From the IMG/VR virus record IMGVR_UViG_3300046536_000256, positions 1 to 64,000 of that record: a DNA stretch of 64,000 nucleotides; one strand, given 5' to 3'. Under the pieces are notes generated by a model. That model did no database searches. It saw only the letters and a program-made list of their open reading frames with translations, and had not been told where the DNA came from. Shown here piece after piece: positions 8,013-15,978 of the stretch; the stretch's first letter is position 1; every line of letters begins with the position of its first letter. Made by a program: the position numbers and the translations under genes.

Positions 8013-8618
8013 TTACTGATACCGGAAGGTGGTATCAAGTGTAATACGGATCAACTGGCGGTTGGTGTCTTGACTAACCACATGACCCTCGTGGACAAAG
8101 GTGGAGTTGCCTAGGTAAACCACGTTTTCTTTTAGCCAGAAACTCTCCATCTTGGAAAGTTCAGGTCGCAGGTGCTCACAGTCACCACCATGACCAGCAG
8201 CACCATCAATGGTTCCAAGGAAACCTTCGCAAGCAATAAAGCTACTTGCCATGATAACCCCGCCGAGTTCTGACTGATATTGCAGACGGTGTTGGTCTTC
8301 TGTCAACATACGACCCGGAGTACCGTTTAGCCAACCACCACTGCTGCCCCAGCTGAATAGGTAGTTACCGTCAATATGCACGCCACCACGACGAAGTTTG
8401 TTGGACTTCTTCAGGAACTGTTCGTCGATGGTAACGTAAAACCCGGTGTGCTCCGGAATACCAGCGTTAGCGAGCATGGTATTCACAGCGTTATGATAGG
8501 TGTCTGGAACACCTTGCAACGGATGCCCCACAAGGTTACGCGCCATGTAAACATGCGCACCGGCGAACTCGGGAAAAGCGATCTCGCCCACAGGCCGAGC
8601 TTTGGAATGAAGCTGCAT
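8013..8618 (-). CDS. putative 2OG-Fe(II) oxygenase-like (DSBH) protein
   Basis: RRGGVHIDG (HxD), distal VHE and RQLIRI in beta-strand context, matching the facial triad plus 2OG-binding Arg. Confidence 0.55.
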   Translation of the reverse strand: MQLHSKARPVGEIAFPEFAGAHVYMARNLVGHPLQGVPDTYHNAVNTMLANAGIPEHTGFYVTIDEQFLKKSNKLRRGGVHIDGNYLFSWGSSGGWLNGTPGRMLTEDQHRLQYQSELGGVIMASSFIACEGFLGTIDGAAGHGGDCEHLRPELSKMESFWLKENVVYLGNSTFVHEGHVVSQDTNRQLIRITLDTTFRYQ

Positions 8619-8628
8619 AGCGAACTCC

Positions 8629-8982
8629 TTAATGAATGGAATGCGACTGGCTACCGGCTTTCTTCAAGGCCGCGGAGACCAAACTGTTCTGCCGGGTGTT
8701 GTCTTCGTTCATGAGCTTGAGCAGAGACGGACTGGCTTTAACCAACGGACTCATCTCCATCTCAAACCGACCACCCTTGCGGATATGCAGAACACCCAAC
8801 TGGTGACCGATCTCAGTGCTGGCGAATTCAATGAAATCGCCTTCGTTGCAGTAGGAGATGGCCAGCTGCAACATCCGGGGCATGGCGGTGTCGAAGTAAC
8901 TGAAGTAACGGACCATAATGACTTCTTTGGACTTACCACGAGTCATGGTGGCCACAACACGACGACGGTTAATAGTTTCCAT
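8629..8982 (-). CDS. hypothetical protein
   Basis: 117 aa, AAGGAG SD. Confidence 0.7.
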   Translation of the reverse strand: METINRRRVVATMTRGKSKEVIMVRYFSYFDTAMPRMLQLAISYCNEGDFIEFASTEIGHQLGVLHIRKGGRFEMEMSPLVKASPSLLKLMNEDNTRQNSLVSAALKKAGSQSHSIH

Positions 8983-8992
8983 GGCTCACTCC

Positions 8993-9400
8993 TTACAAAA
9001 ACATTATTAACAATTTATACTGATCGTTATCGAAATCAATCAGAAGCGATTCCAGTTTGTCTAGGTCGCTAAAGACGTACTCGTAACGAGGCCCGCTAAA
9101 CTTTTCAGCCCGATCCGCACGAACATCGGCAATAAAGGAAAGCAATTGGTCTTTACTGATGAGGCAGGTATTTTCAAACCCTATCTCACCAACATCGTCG
9201 TTCCAGAAATCGAACATAGCGGGGATGTGTTTCTTGAGGTAGTCCCCGCTGATCTCTACCCTCGGGCCCATCCAGAAGAGAGGTTCCTTGCAAAGAGGTA
9301 AGTCGCGATTAACCAAAGCACCGTCAAGTAAAACAACGAGCTCTTGGGTTTGCTTAAGTTCGGCGGTTGTAATTCTGGTAAGACACGGGTTAAGGGGCAT
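8993..9400 (-). CDS. hypothetical protein
   Basis: 135 aa, AAGGAG SD. Confidence 0.7.
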   Translation of the reverse strand: MPLNPCLTRITTAELKQTQELVVLLDGALVNRDLPLCKEPLFWMGPRVEISGDYLKKHIPAMFDFWNDDVGEIGFENTCLISKDQLLSFIADVRADRAEKFSGPRYEYVFSDLDKLESLLIDFDNDQYKLLIMFL

Positions 9401-9410
9401 TTGCTACTCC

Positions 9411-9851
9411 TTATCCGAGGATAATGATTTCGGCTTTAGGCGCGGCAACATCAACCGGCATTTTGTCGTCTGGCCAAACTTCGACACAAACACCCCTGTC
9501 ACCGTGCATGTCGGTGAGTTTGAAGGCCACCTCTCTTGGAATGGCCATTTCGTCGCTAGGGATGTAATGCTTACTGTTCTGGACAAGTAACCCGATCTTG
9601 ACTTCTTGCTCGATTGCGTTGGCTCGATCCATTTCAACAGCCAAAGCTTCTGGATCAACATCAGGAGTACGTGGGGTGGTCGTGAGCACACCAATACCAC
9701 CAGCCTTGACGCGAGCCTTGTTGAAGTCGTCCATCGACATGGTCTTCGTTGGCTCTTGCATCGACTGACGAATCATTTGCTGGAAAGCCAGTGCTTCTTG
9801 TTCCAGCGCCGCATTAAGACGACGGATAGCTTTTGCACGTTTACCGTTCAT
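9411..9851 (-). CDS. hypothetical protein
   Basis: 146 aa, overlaps the upstream stop. Confidence 0.7.
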   Translation of the reverse strand: MNGKRAKAIRRLNAALEQEALAFQQMIRQSMQEPTKTMSMDDFNKARVKAGGIGVLTTTPRTPDVDPEALAVEMDRANAIEQEVKIGLLVQNSKHYIPSDEMAIPREVAFKLTDMHGDRGVCVEVWPDDKMPVDVAAPKAEIIILG

Positions 9852-10101
9852 TGTTCAAAGCCTTTTTGAATGGGGTAGGAATGGGACGAATCTGGTTGCG
9901 ACGGATGAGGTACGGAGTCAGAGTGTAAACGACCCCGTCCTTGTCCTTGTAGGTAAAATCAAAGACGAGGTAATCATCAAATTCTGGATTCGGTGCTGCG
10001 AAGAACTCCTTCGTAACTTCAGCCATGAGCTGGGAGCTATAAAGAGACATGGAAGGAGAATCAGCGGTCAACTGGATCTTTACGCGTTTGCTATTAGACA
10101 T
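9841..10101 (-). CDS. hypothetical protein
   Basis: 86 aa, GAGGT SD. Confidence 0.7.
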   Translation of the reverse strand: MSNSKRVKIQLTADSPSMSLYSSQLMAEVTKEFFAAPNPEFDDYLVFDFTYKDKDGVVYTLTPYLIRRNQIRPIPTPFKKALNNER

Positions 10102-10182
10102 ACCTCTACCTCAAAGCAGGGTTATCGACACCAAGGAATAATTGGTTACAAGGTTGCTGATCCTTGGTGTCGTACAGGGTTA

Positions 10183-10920
10183 TTATTTCTTGGGCAACGA
10201 CAGCGTCTTACGCCCCTTAGTCCGTTCTTCCACACCGCCCAACATCATCAAGAAAGTCCTGGCGGCAGCAATAACTTCCCGGGCTTTAACAACAGACGGG
10301 TGGTCATGAGGGTGCTTCGTGTTGACCAAGAAGCTGGTATTGACCTCAATCGCCTTCTCTGCTTTCACCCGGGCTTCTTCAGCCGTGTCGATCTTTGGCA
10401 TTGGGTTACTACAACCCAGAAGCTCTTTAACAACACGTTCTTCCAACGCGGACACATCAGTTTCGTGGTAGGTGGTCTTCTGACCCCAGTGGACGTTCTC
10501 TTCTTTATAGCTGTCTTTAAAGGACAGAGGGTCGTGTCCCGTTTCCAGGATTGGGCCGCCGATAGGGGGGTTGTCAGGAAAGGTAACTTCCGCCGGCCCA
10601 CCAAACTCCGCTTTACCAAACTGTAGCCGACGAGGCTGGCGAGCGCCGTAGGGCAATTCCAACAACGGACCACCTCTTAGTTTAGGAAGCGGTGGTTCAG
10701 CCTGGATCTGTTTCTGTTTCAGTTCAGCGCACGAAGCGATTACGGCGTCGTGGAATTCCGCGGTAGTCTGGTCCGCACTTGCCCCGGTTAACTTGTCTGC
10801 CCACTCGTCAAACGCGTCATGAGCCTCATCGTGAGAGCACTCGTGAATCCCGCGGTACAGATCAATCCACTGTTCCATCGACTGGTGGAGAGATGCTGCT
10901 TTTCTGCTAACGTTGTTCAT
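10183..10920 (-). CDS. hypothetical protein with weak copy of the dispersed helical motif
   Basis: Start reassigned to MNNVSRK (ATGA overlap at 10917-10920). QWIDLYRGIHECSHDEA resembles the repeated motif. Confidence 0.65.
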   Translation of the reverse strand: MNNVSRKAASLHQSMEQWIDLYRGIHECSHDEAHDAFDEWADKLTGASADQTTAEFHDAVIASCAELKQKQIQAEPPLPKLRGGPLLELPYGARQPRRLQFGKAEFGGPAEVTFPDNPPIGGPILETGHDPLSFKDSYKEENVHWGQKTTYHETDVSALEERVVKELLGCSNPMPKIDTAEEARVKAEKAIEVNTSFLVNTKHPHDHPSVVKAREVIAAARTFLMMLGGVEERTKGRKTLSLPKK

Positions 10921-11042
10921 ACCAAGTTTTCCAATTTGACCAGACCAAAACAAACGTACACAACGACGATTGCTAGCGATACGAGGGTTGCACCACCGAG
11001 GATAATGACCGCCTTACGGAGGTCTGCTTTGTTAGTGCGCAT
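10917..11042 (-). CDS. small single-TM protein (41 aa)
   Basis: Hand-found: MRTNKADLRKAVIILGGATLVSLAIVVVYVCFGLVKLENLV; AAGGAG SD. Confidence 0.6.
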   Translation of the reverse strand: MRTNKADLRKAVIILGGATLVSLAIVVVYVCFGLVKLENLV

Positions 11043-11051
11043 GTTCACTCC

Positions 11052-11513
11052 TTAAAAGCGGAAAGTAGTTTTAACAACCCGACCTTGCTCGATCGAGGTG
11101 TCATACAACGGTTGAGGTTCATTCACCTTAGCCGGCTGATACAGGTAAGTGCAAGATGTGTAGATATCCTTCACATCCAAGTCTGATGGGTTACCAACGG
11201 TAACCGTGGCCATACCTTTACCGTCATCGGAGATAAACAGCATCCGATGACGACTGGCCTGATAATAGGCTCGCACTACACCCTTCAAGTCAGAGGCATC
11301 GGGGTTGACTGCCGTGTACGAGTTACCGCCATGAACCACCCCTGTGCCGGTCAGAATAAACCCATTGGTAATAGGTTGAATCTGAGTAACCCCTGGATCA
11401 CCCTGCCCTGTGGCGTGTTCGTACTCACCGCACAGGATACCGTTTGGAATGTCATCGGCTACAGCGGATAGCGACAACAGCGAAACTACTACGCCTACGA
11501 ACAACGATTTCAT
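11052..11513 (-). CDS. exported/periplasmic protein
   Basis: Sec signal MKSLFVGVVVSLLSLSAVA, beta-rich mature part, two Cys. Confidence 0.7.
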   Translation of the reverse strand: MKSLFVGVVVSLLSLSAVADDIPNGILCGEYEHATGQGDPGVTQIQPITNGFILTGTGVVHGGNSYTAVNPDASDLKGVVRAYYQASRHRMLFISDDGKGMATVTVGNPSDLDVKDIYTSCTYLYQPAKVNEPQPLYDTSIEQGRVVKTTFRF

Positions 11514-12046
11514 GCAGCCTCTCCTTGAGATTTACGGATTAGTTCCTCCAGTTCAATTGCTTCGATTGCGCGCAAGTGATCGGCAATGGCTTTACGGAAT
11601 TCGTTCAGCTTCTGTTTAAAGGAGCTGGACTCACCGGCACGCTTGAAGTCCCAACGGATTTCAAAGTCGTACAGTCCTTCACCGAAGATTTGCAGAATCA
11701 ATGTCTCTTTCGATACAAAGCCATGGAAGAACAACGGCTTGTCTTGGCACAGCACGCGGCTGAAAGGTTCGGTCGGGTCGATGGTCGCCCAACGCTCGAT
11801 CTCTTCCAGCATGCCGATTTGTTCGTACAGATCTTGCTGGTACGCGTTCAGTTGTTTGTTGAAGAAGACCAGGTCATTGGTCGCAGGGATGTCAACACGG
11901 TTGGCCCACTTGCCGTGTTTACCGAAATCGAACTCAACCCCAAAACGCAGGTCGCTGTGTTTGTTACGATGAGCCTCGGACAGAATCACGATGGAACGGT
12001 TCAAGAACGAAGCAGCCAGTTTACGGTCGCTGAAGATTACAGACAT
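11510..12046 (-). CDS. hypothetical protein
   Basis: 178 aa downstream of the promoter at 12117; ATGA overlap with the next gene. Confidence 0.7.
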   Translation of the reverse strand: MSVIFSDRKLAASFLNRSIVILSEAHRNKHSDLRFGVEFDFGKHGKWANRVDIPATNDLVFFNKQLNAYQQDLYEQIGMLEEIERWATIDPTEPFSRVLCQDKPLFFHGFVSKETLILQIFGEGLYDFEIRWDFKRAGESSSFKQKLNEFRKAIADHLRAIEAIELEELIRKSQGEAA

Positions 12047-12116
12047 GGTGAAGCTCCTAATAATTCGAGTGCAGTTCTTTACACCCGGTAAAAAGTTTAA
12101 TTGGTGTTACGGCAAA

Positions 12117-12131
12117 GTAATATAGGTTTGA
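12117..12131 (-). promoter_or_regulatory. putative early promoter TCAAACCTATATTAC
   Basis: Exact copy of the repeated motif in an AT-rich intergenic region. Confidence 0.75.
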
Positions 12132-12148
12132 AACTTAATGTAAGTTAA

Positions 12149-12589
12149 TTAAGCTTCGGCCATCCCGATGGTAATTGCAACAAACCCCATGGATTGGTAG
12201 AAAGCTAAGGAACCTCGGTTCCCCATAATGGAATTAACCTTCAGCTTACCAGGGTTGAACTCTTTCAACTTTGTAACCAACTGCCGGGCAATCCCCTTGC
12301 GACGGTGGGTCTCCGCCACAAACAGCTCGGAGATGGATTCAGGGTCATCGTGGGAGATCGAAACAAACCCCACGATCCGGCTGCCTTCTTTCGCTAACAC
12401 GAGCTTGTCGATGTTAGCAAAGGCTTCCATGGTCATGCGCTCACGATCCTCAGCGGAGATCGGGAACTTATCCTTAAAGAAGCTGTAATCTAATTCAGCC
12501 AACTCCCGGTACAGCTCAAACAAACCCAGGAAGAAAATATTGGAGGAATCCACATTGGCCAACTGCGTGTAGCGGATAAGAGCAGACAT
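12149..12589 (-). CDS. GNAT family acetyltransferase
   Basis: IVGFVSI, ISELFVAETHRRKGIARQLV (acetyl-CoA motif A), N..SLAFYQSMGF (motif B). Confidence 0.9.
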   Translation of the reverse strand: MSALIRYTQLANVDSSNIFFLGLFELYRELAELDYSFFKDKFPISAEDRERMTMEAFANIDKLVLAKEGSRIVGFVSISHDDPESISELFVAETHRRKGIARQLVTKLKEFNPGKLKVNSIMGNRGSLAFYQSMGFVAITIGMAEA

Positions 12590-12707
12590 CGAAAAATCCT
12601 TAATCGATTAATGAACCGGACGACCGGTAACGTATGTGCAGCAAGGTAAAAATAAAGCATACTCAACCACAGAACCCGAAGGCCCTGTGGTTGAGTTAAC
12701 GTTAAGA

Positions 12708-12968
12708 TTACTGGATAGAGACAATATCGTCTTTAATACCGCGACCAACGAACTGCTGTCCGTTAAAGATAACAAACCCTTCCGGATCAACGTACACGTG
12801 CCCTGTTTGGCAGAGCTCACCATTGACACTTATGGTGCGGGCGCCACGGATGGATACACCCATCGCCACTAGGTAAGCAGAAATCGCTCGCGCAACTTCT
12901 TCGCCGGTCAGGTCAATACTTACCCCGGGACCGAACTTAGTCGTGCCATTGCCGTATCTAACTTCCAT
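12708..12968 (-). CDS. hypothetical protein
   Basis: Start reassigned to MEVRYGNG (AGGAGGT SD); 86 aa. Confidence 0.65.
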   Translation of the reverse strand: MEVRYGNGTTKFGPGVSIDLTGEEVARAISAYLVAMGVSIRGARTISVNGELCQTGHVYVDPEGFVIFNGQQFVGRGIKDDIVSIQ

Positions 12969-12981
12969 TACCAAAGACCTC

Positions 12982-13443
12982 CTACTTGCTTGCAGTGCAG
13001 TCAGCCAGAACAATGAGGCCTTTGATAGGACCTACACCGTTTTCGGCTTCTGAATGGTTCGGGTCTTCAAACACGTAGGTGACGAAGTAAAGAGCACCAG
13101 GGGTGTCTTCTCGCTTCAACAGCAGTGTGGTTGGATCACCGGCCATCTCGGAAGCTTCACCGAGTTGGTTGTTGGTCAGGATATGACGATCGGGGAAGGC
13201 CGAACCCTTGTTGATAATGAAACCTTCTTTGGTCTGGATGACCGTGGTCTTGGCTACGACCGGTTTGTTGTCGGTAACAACTTTCTTACCCACGTACTTG
13301 TTGCTGGTGTACTTAGAGCAAACGAATGTGATGTCGCTCGAACTGCGGATGACCGGGTTAGGCTTGTTCTCATAAACCTGTTTGTTAGAGGCATGCGCAG
13401 CGAAAGTCAGTGCCAACAGTGCAAAGATACTAAGTGCTTTCAT
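12982..13443 (-). CDS. exported/periplasmic protein
   Basis: Sec signal MKALSIFALLALTFAAHA, two Cys, beta-rich. Confidence 0.7.
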   Translation of the reverse strand: MKALSIFALLALTFAAHASNKQVYENKPNPVIRSSSDITFVCSKYTSNKYVGKKVVTDNKPVVAKTTVIQTKEGFIINKGSAFPDRHILTNNQLGEASEMAGDPTTLLLKREDTPGALYFVTYVFEDPNHSEAENGVGPIKGLIVLADCTASK

Positions 13444-13481
13444 CTGTGTTTCTCCTAGTTACAAGTTGTATTGCTTAGTGC

Positions 13482-13799
13482 TTATTGTTTTGGGAAGTGA
13501 TGCCAGTTGCCGTCGCTATCTTGCATGCCGATGCCATCGAACAAGATGTTCGTGAAGTCAACACTAGTACCCAGCCCGTGGTGACGGACCATGTCTTGAG
13601 CGTAGCCGCGCTTGATCTCCTCCCACCGCTCAGGGGTACCGGTGAAGCCTTGTTGCCTAGCCTGCTCGATCGTGCATTCCTTCACCACAACAAAGGGTTG
13701 ACGCATTGGCATACCCGGGACGAGTGAGTCACACATCTTCGCCGTTACGGGAGCGCTTGGCATTGCCTTAACCAGGGTGTCACAGAGTTGCTTATTCAT
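13482..13799 (-). CDS. hypothetical protein
   Basis: Start reassigned to MNKQLCDT, overlapping the upstream stop. Confidence 0.6.
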   Translation of the reverse strand: MNKQLCDTLVKAMPSAPVTAKMCDSLVPGMPMRQPFVVVKECTIEQARQQGFTGTPERWEEIKRGYAQDMVRHHGLGTSVDFTNILFDGIGMQDSDGNWHHFPKQ

Positions 13800-14331
13800 G
13801 ACGGTTAGCCTTCTGGTCGCCGAGGAACTCTTCCACCATGGCTTTCGACGCCCGGTTAAAGCTCTTGAGTGCTTTACGACGATGACGCTCCACTTTACCA
13901 AACGGACCTTCTTCAACCATACGCATCCTGAACTCAGGACTGATGGTGATAAAGTTGGCCACGCCCCGTAGTTCAGTTTCACCCAGAGAGCGGATAGCCT
14001 TTAGCCGACCCTCAACCATCGCCTGGCGAGCCTCGGATACCGGAATGTTGAGGTTAGTAGCAGCCTTCCCCAATGAAACTGGATCGAGGACCATCACTAG
14101 GCCGGGACCCATTGTTCTTCCCGCACGACCGCCAACACCGCCGAAGGTAACTTCCTGACCCTTCAATTGGTGAAGAGGGTTAACGGCCTTCGACGTTTCA
14201 AGAGAGATCGCAACATCCGAACGTGGAGGGTTTATCTGGTACGGGTCGAAAGCACCTTCCAGATGTTTCGGTAAAGGTCTTGCCAGAACTTCGGCAATAC
14301 GCTTATCAGCATACGAGGTATCACGTTTCAT
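13792..14331 (-). CDS. hypothetical protein
   Basis: 179 aa, AAGGA SD, below the promoter variant at 14378. Confidence 0.65.
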   Translation of the reverse strand: MKRDTSYADKRIAEVLARPLPKHLEGAFDPYQINPPRSDVAISLETSKAVNPLHQLKGQEVTFGGVGGRAGRTMGPGLVMVLDPVSLGKAATNLNIPVSEARQAMVEGRLKAIRSLGETELRGVANFITISPEFRMRMVEEGPFGKVERHRRKALKSFNRASKAMVEEFLGDQKANRHE

Positions 14332-14377
14332 ATTTCAAGTCCTTGTACAACAAGTTAAAAGGTTTACTTACCGACTA

Positions 14378-14392
14378 GTGATATAGACCCAA
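14378..14392 (-). promoter_or_regulatory. variant promoter motif TTGGGTCTATATCAC
   Basis: Degenerate copy; shares the downstream AACCTTTTAACTT leader with the 5491 site. Confidence 0.45.
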
Positions 14393-14409
14393 CGCGATCT
14401 ACAAGTTAA

Positions 14410-14538
14410 TTACTTGCTAACCGCAGTACCACTAGCACCTTTGTAATACACCAGCGTCAAAGCCCCGGCAGAACAACCACCGAAGACCAGAACCACCATG
14501 AGGATAATTCCCCGCATCAAGATAGAACGCTTAGCCAT
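14410..14538 (-). CDS. small membrane protein (42 aa)
   Basis: Hand-found: MAKRSILMRGIILMVVLVFGGCSAGALTLVYY...; overlaps the upstream stop. Confidence 0.55.
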   Translation of the reverse strand: MAKRSILMRGIILMVVLVFGGCSAGALTLVYYKGASGTAVSK

Positions 14539-15334
14539 TACTTTTGCTCTTGAACCATTGATCTAGAGTTTTAGGTCGACGCTCCGGCATGTAGCCAACG
14601 GCGCCCATGTGGAAACCAAAGCGCCCAATCGGTTTGATCCGCGATTGGTTACAGATCTCCCGGAACCGATTACGAGATAGAGGAACACTCGGGCCATTGG
14701 TGTGGTCGATGACAAGATTGTCAAGGGCTGTTCTCTCAACCAGTGCCCGCATGACTTGTCTCAGTCCAACCGCAGTGAAACCTTTACCGAAGCCCTCCAA
14801 AGTAGCTCCGTCATGCAGAACGGCAAAGACTTTGATCTTGGGATAGTCGGTGTAGATTTCAATGCCTTCAGACGAGGAGGCCTTGATTAGCACCCAGTAT
14901 TCACGGATTACCGCTAGGACCGGGTAGTCCCTTTTGAACAAGCCATTGCTCGTAGCCTGCTTGAACATACGTTCGATTTCTGACGAATACATCTCGTGCT
15001 CCTTCTGGGTATTGCGAGAGCCGTCAACGCAGATTGGATGCGGAGTCAATTCTCCGGTGATCAACTTCTTGAGCGCCGCGCGCATTACATCTTCAGCCAA
15101 GCGGACGTGGTTAGTCCCGTCCGCTACAGGGAAGCCCATACCGACGTGGTCTTTCCCATACCTGTGAACACTCAGCATCACTTGGTTCTCAGAGTAGTCC
15201 GAATAGATAGTCAGACCGCCGTCAGCTGTTTTGTGGATCTTGACCTCATGCCCGCCCAGCAATACAACCTTTTCAATACCGTCAAACAGCCCGTTGTCGA
15301 CCAGCAAACCAAACAACTTGCGTAAAAGTTTCAT
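14531..15334 (-). CDS. hypothetical protein with internal domain duplication
   Basis: NGLF...IY(S/T)DY...VMRA occurs twice. Confidence 0.7.
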   Translation of the reverse strand: MKLLRKLFGLLVDNGLFDGIEKVVLLGGHEVKIHKTADGGLTIYSDYSENQVMLSVHRYGKDHVGMGFPVADGTNHVRLAEDVMRAALKKLITGELTPHPICVDGSRNTQKEHEMYSSEIERMFKQATSNGLFKRDYPVLAVIREYWVLIKASSSEGIEIYTDYPKIKVFAVLHDGATLEGFGKGFTAVGLRQVMRALVERTALDNLVIDHTNGPSVPLSRNRFREICNQSRIKPIGRFGFHMGAVGYMPERRPKTLDQWFKSKSNG

Positions 15335-15381
15335 AGATCGTTCCTACTAAACGCCTCCCCGGTTAGGAGGAGGCGCTATCG

Positions 15382-15978
15382 TTACTGTTGCTTACCGAAC
15401 TTGATCGGTTCTTGCTTGCCGGTATCGAATGCCGCCGCAGTCTTGGAGTCAGACACCACTTGACAAGACTTCTTCAGATCGAGACGAGGGAAGCCAGCAA
15501 AAGACAGGAGCTTGCCGCGCCAGAACCAGCCGAGCATGTTCTCGTACGTCCCACAGGCTTCCAGTTTTCGCGATTGGGCAATTTGGAATTCCTTCCGCCC
15601 ACCTTCGATCACGTCTTGTATTTTCAAGTAGAGTTTGCTGTTCAGTGTGGGGTTCTGTTCTTTGATCCACTGAACAACCGCCTTGTTCCCGTCAGGTCCA
15701 TTACGACTTTGGAAGGTCGTTCGCAACGTATCCTTCAAGTCGCCGGCATACATGCTGGCAACGCCGGCCGTTTCCTGGATGGTCAAGGTGACCGTACTCA
15801 GTACGTTTTCCGAGTCCTTGTCCAGCTTGGTGATGGTGGTTTCGGCGTTAACCGCCGAGTCGTGCGCGCTGGTGTACGTCCCCATAATCGTCACGCCGAC
15901 CAAAAGCAAACCAACCAACAGCACACCCAGGATACAACCTACCAGCATCCCGGCGGACATTTTCTTCGTAGTACTCAT
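15382..15978 (-). CDS. LemA-like membrane-anchored helical protein
   Basis: One N-terminal TM, coiled-coil body, C-terminal YENMLGWFWRGKLLSFAGFP resembling the LemA YN..i..FP...iA...GF end. Confidence 0.5.
   Translation of the reverse strand: MSTTKKMSAGMLVGCILGVLLVGLLLVGVTIMGTYTSAHDSAVNAETTITKLDKDSENVLSTVTLTIQETAGVASMYAGDLKDTLRTTFQSRNGPDGNKAVVQWIKEQNPTLNSKLYLKIQDVIEGGRKEFQIAQSRKLEACGTYENMLGWFWRGKLLSFAGFPRLDLKKSCQVVSDSKTAAAFDTGKQEPIKFGKQQ

Noticed and set aside
7774-8190. Shared GG(N/D)CEHL(K/R) heptapeptide in the zinc-finger protein and the oxygenase-like protein
   Set aside because: No similarity extends beyond seven residues and the contexts differ; likely coincidence.
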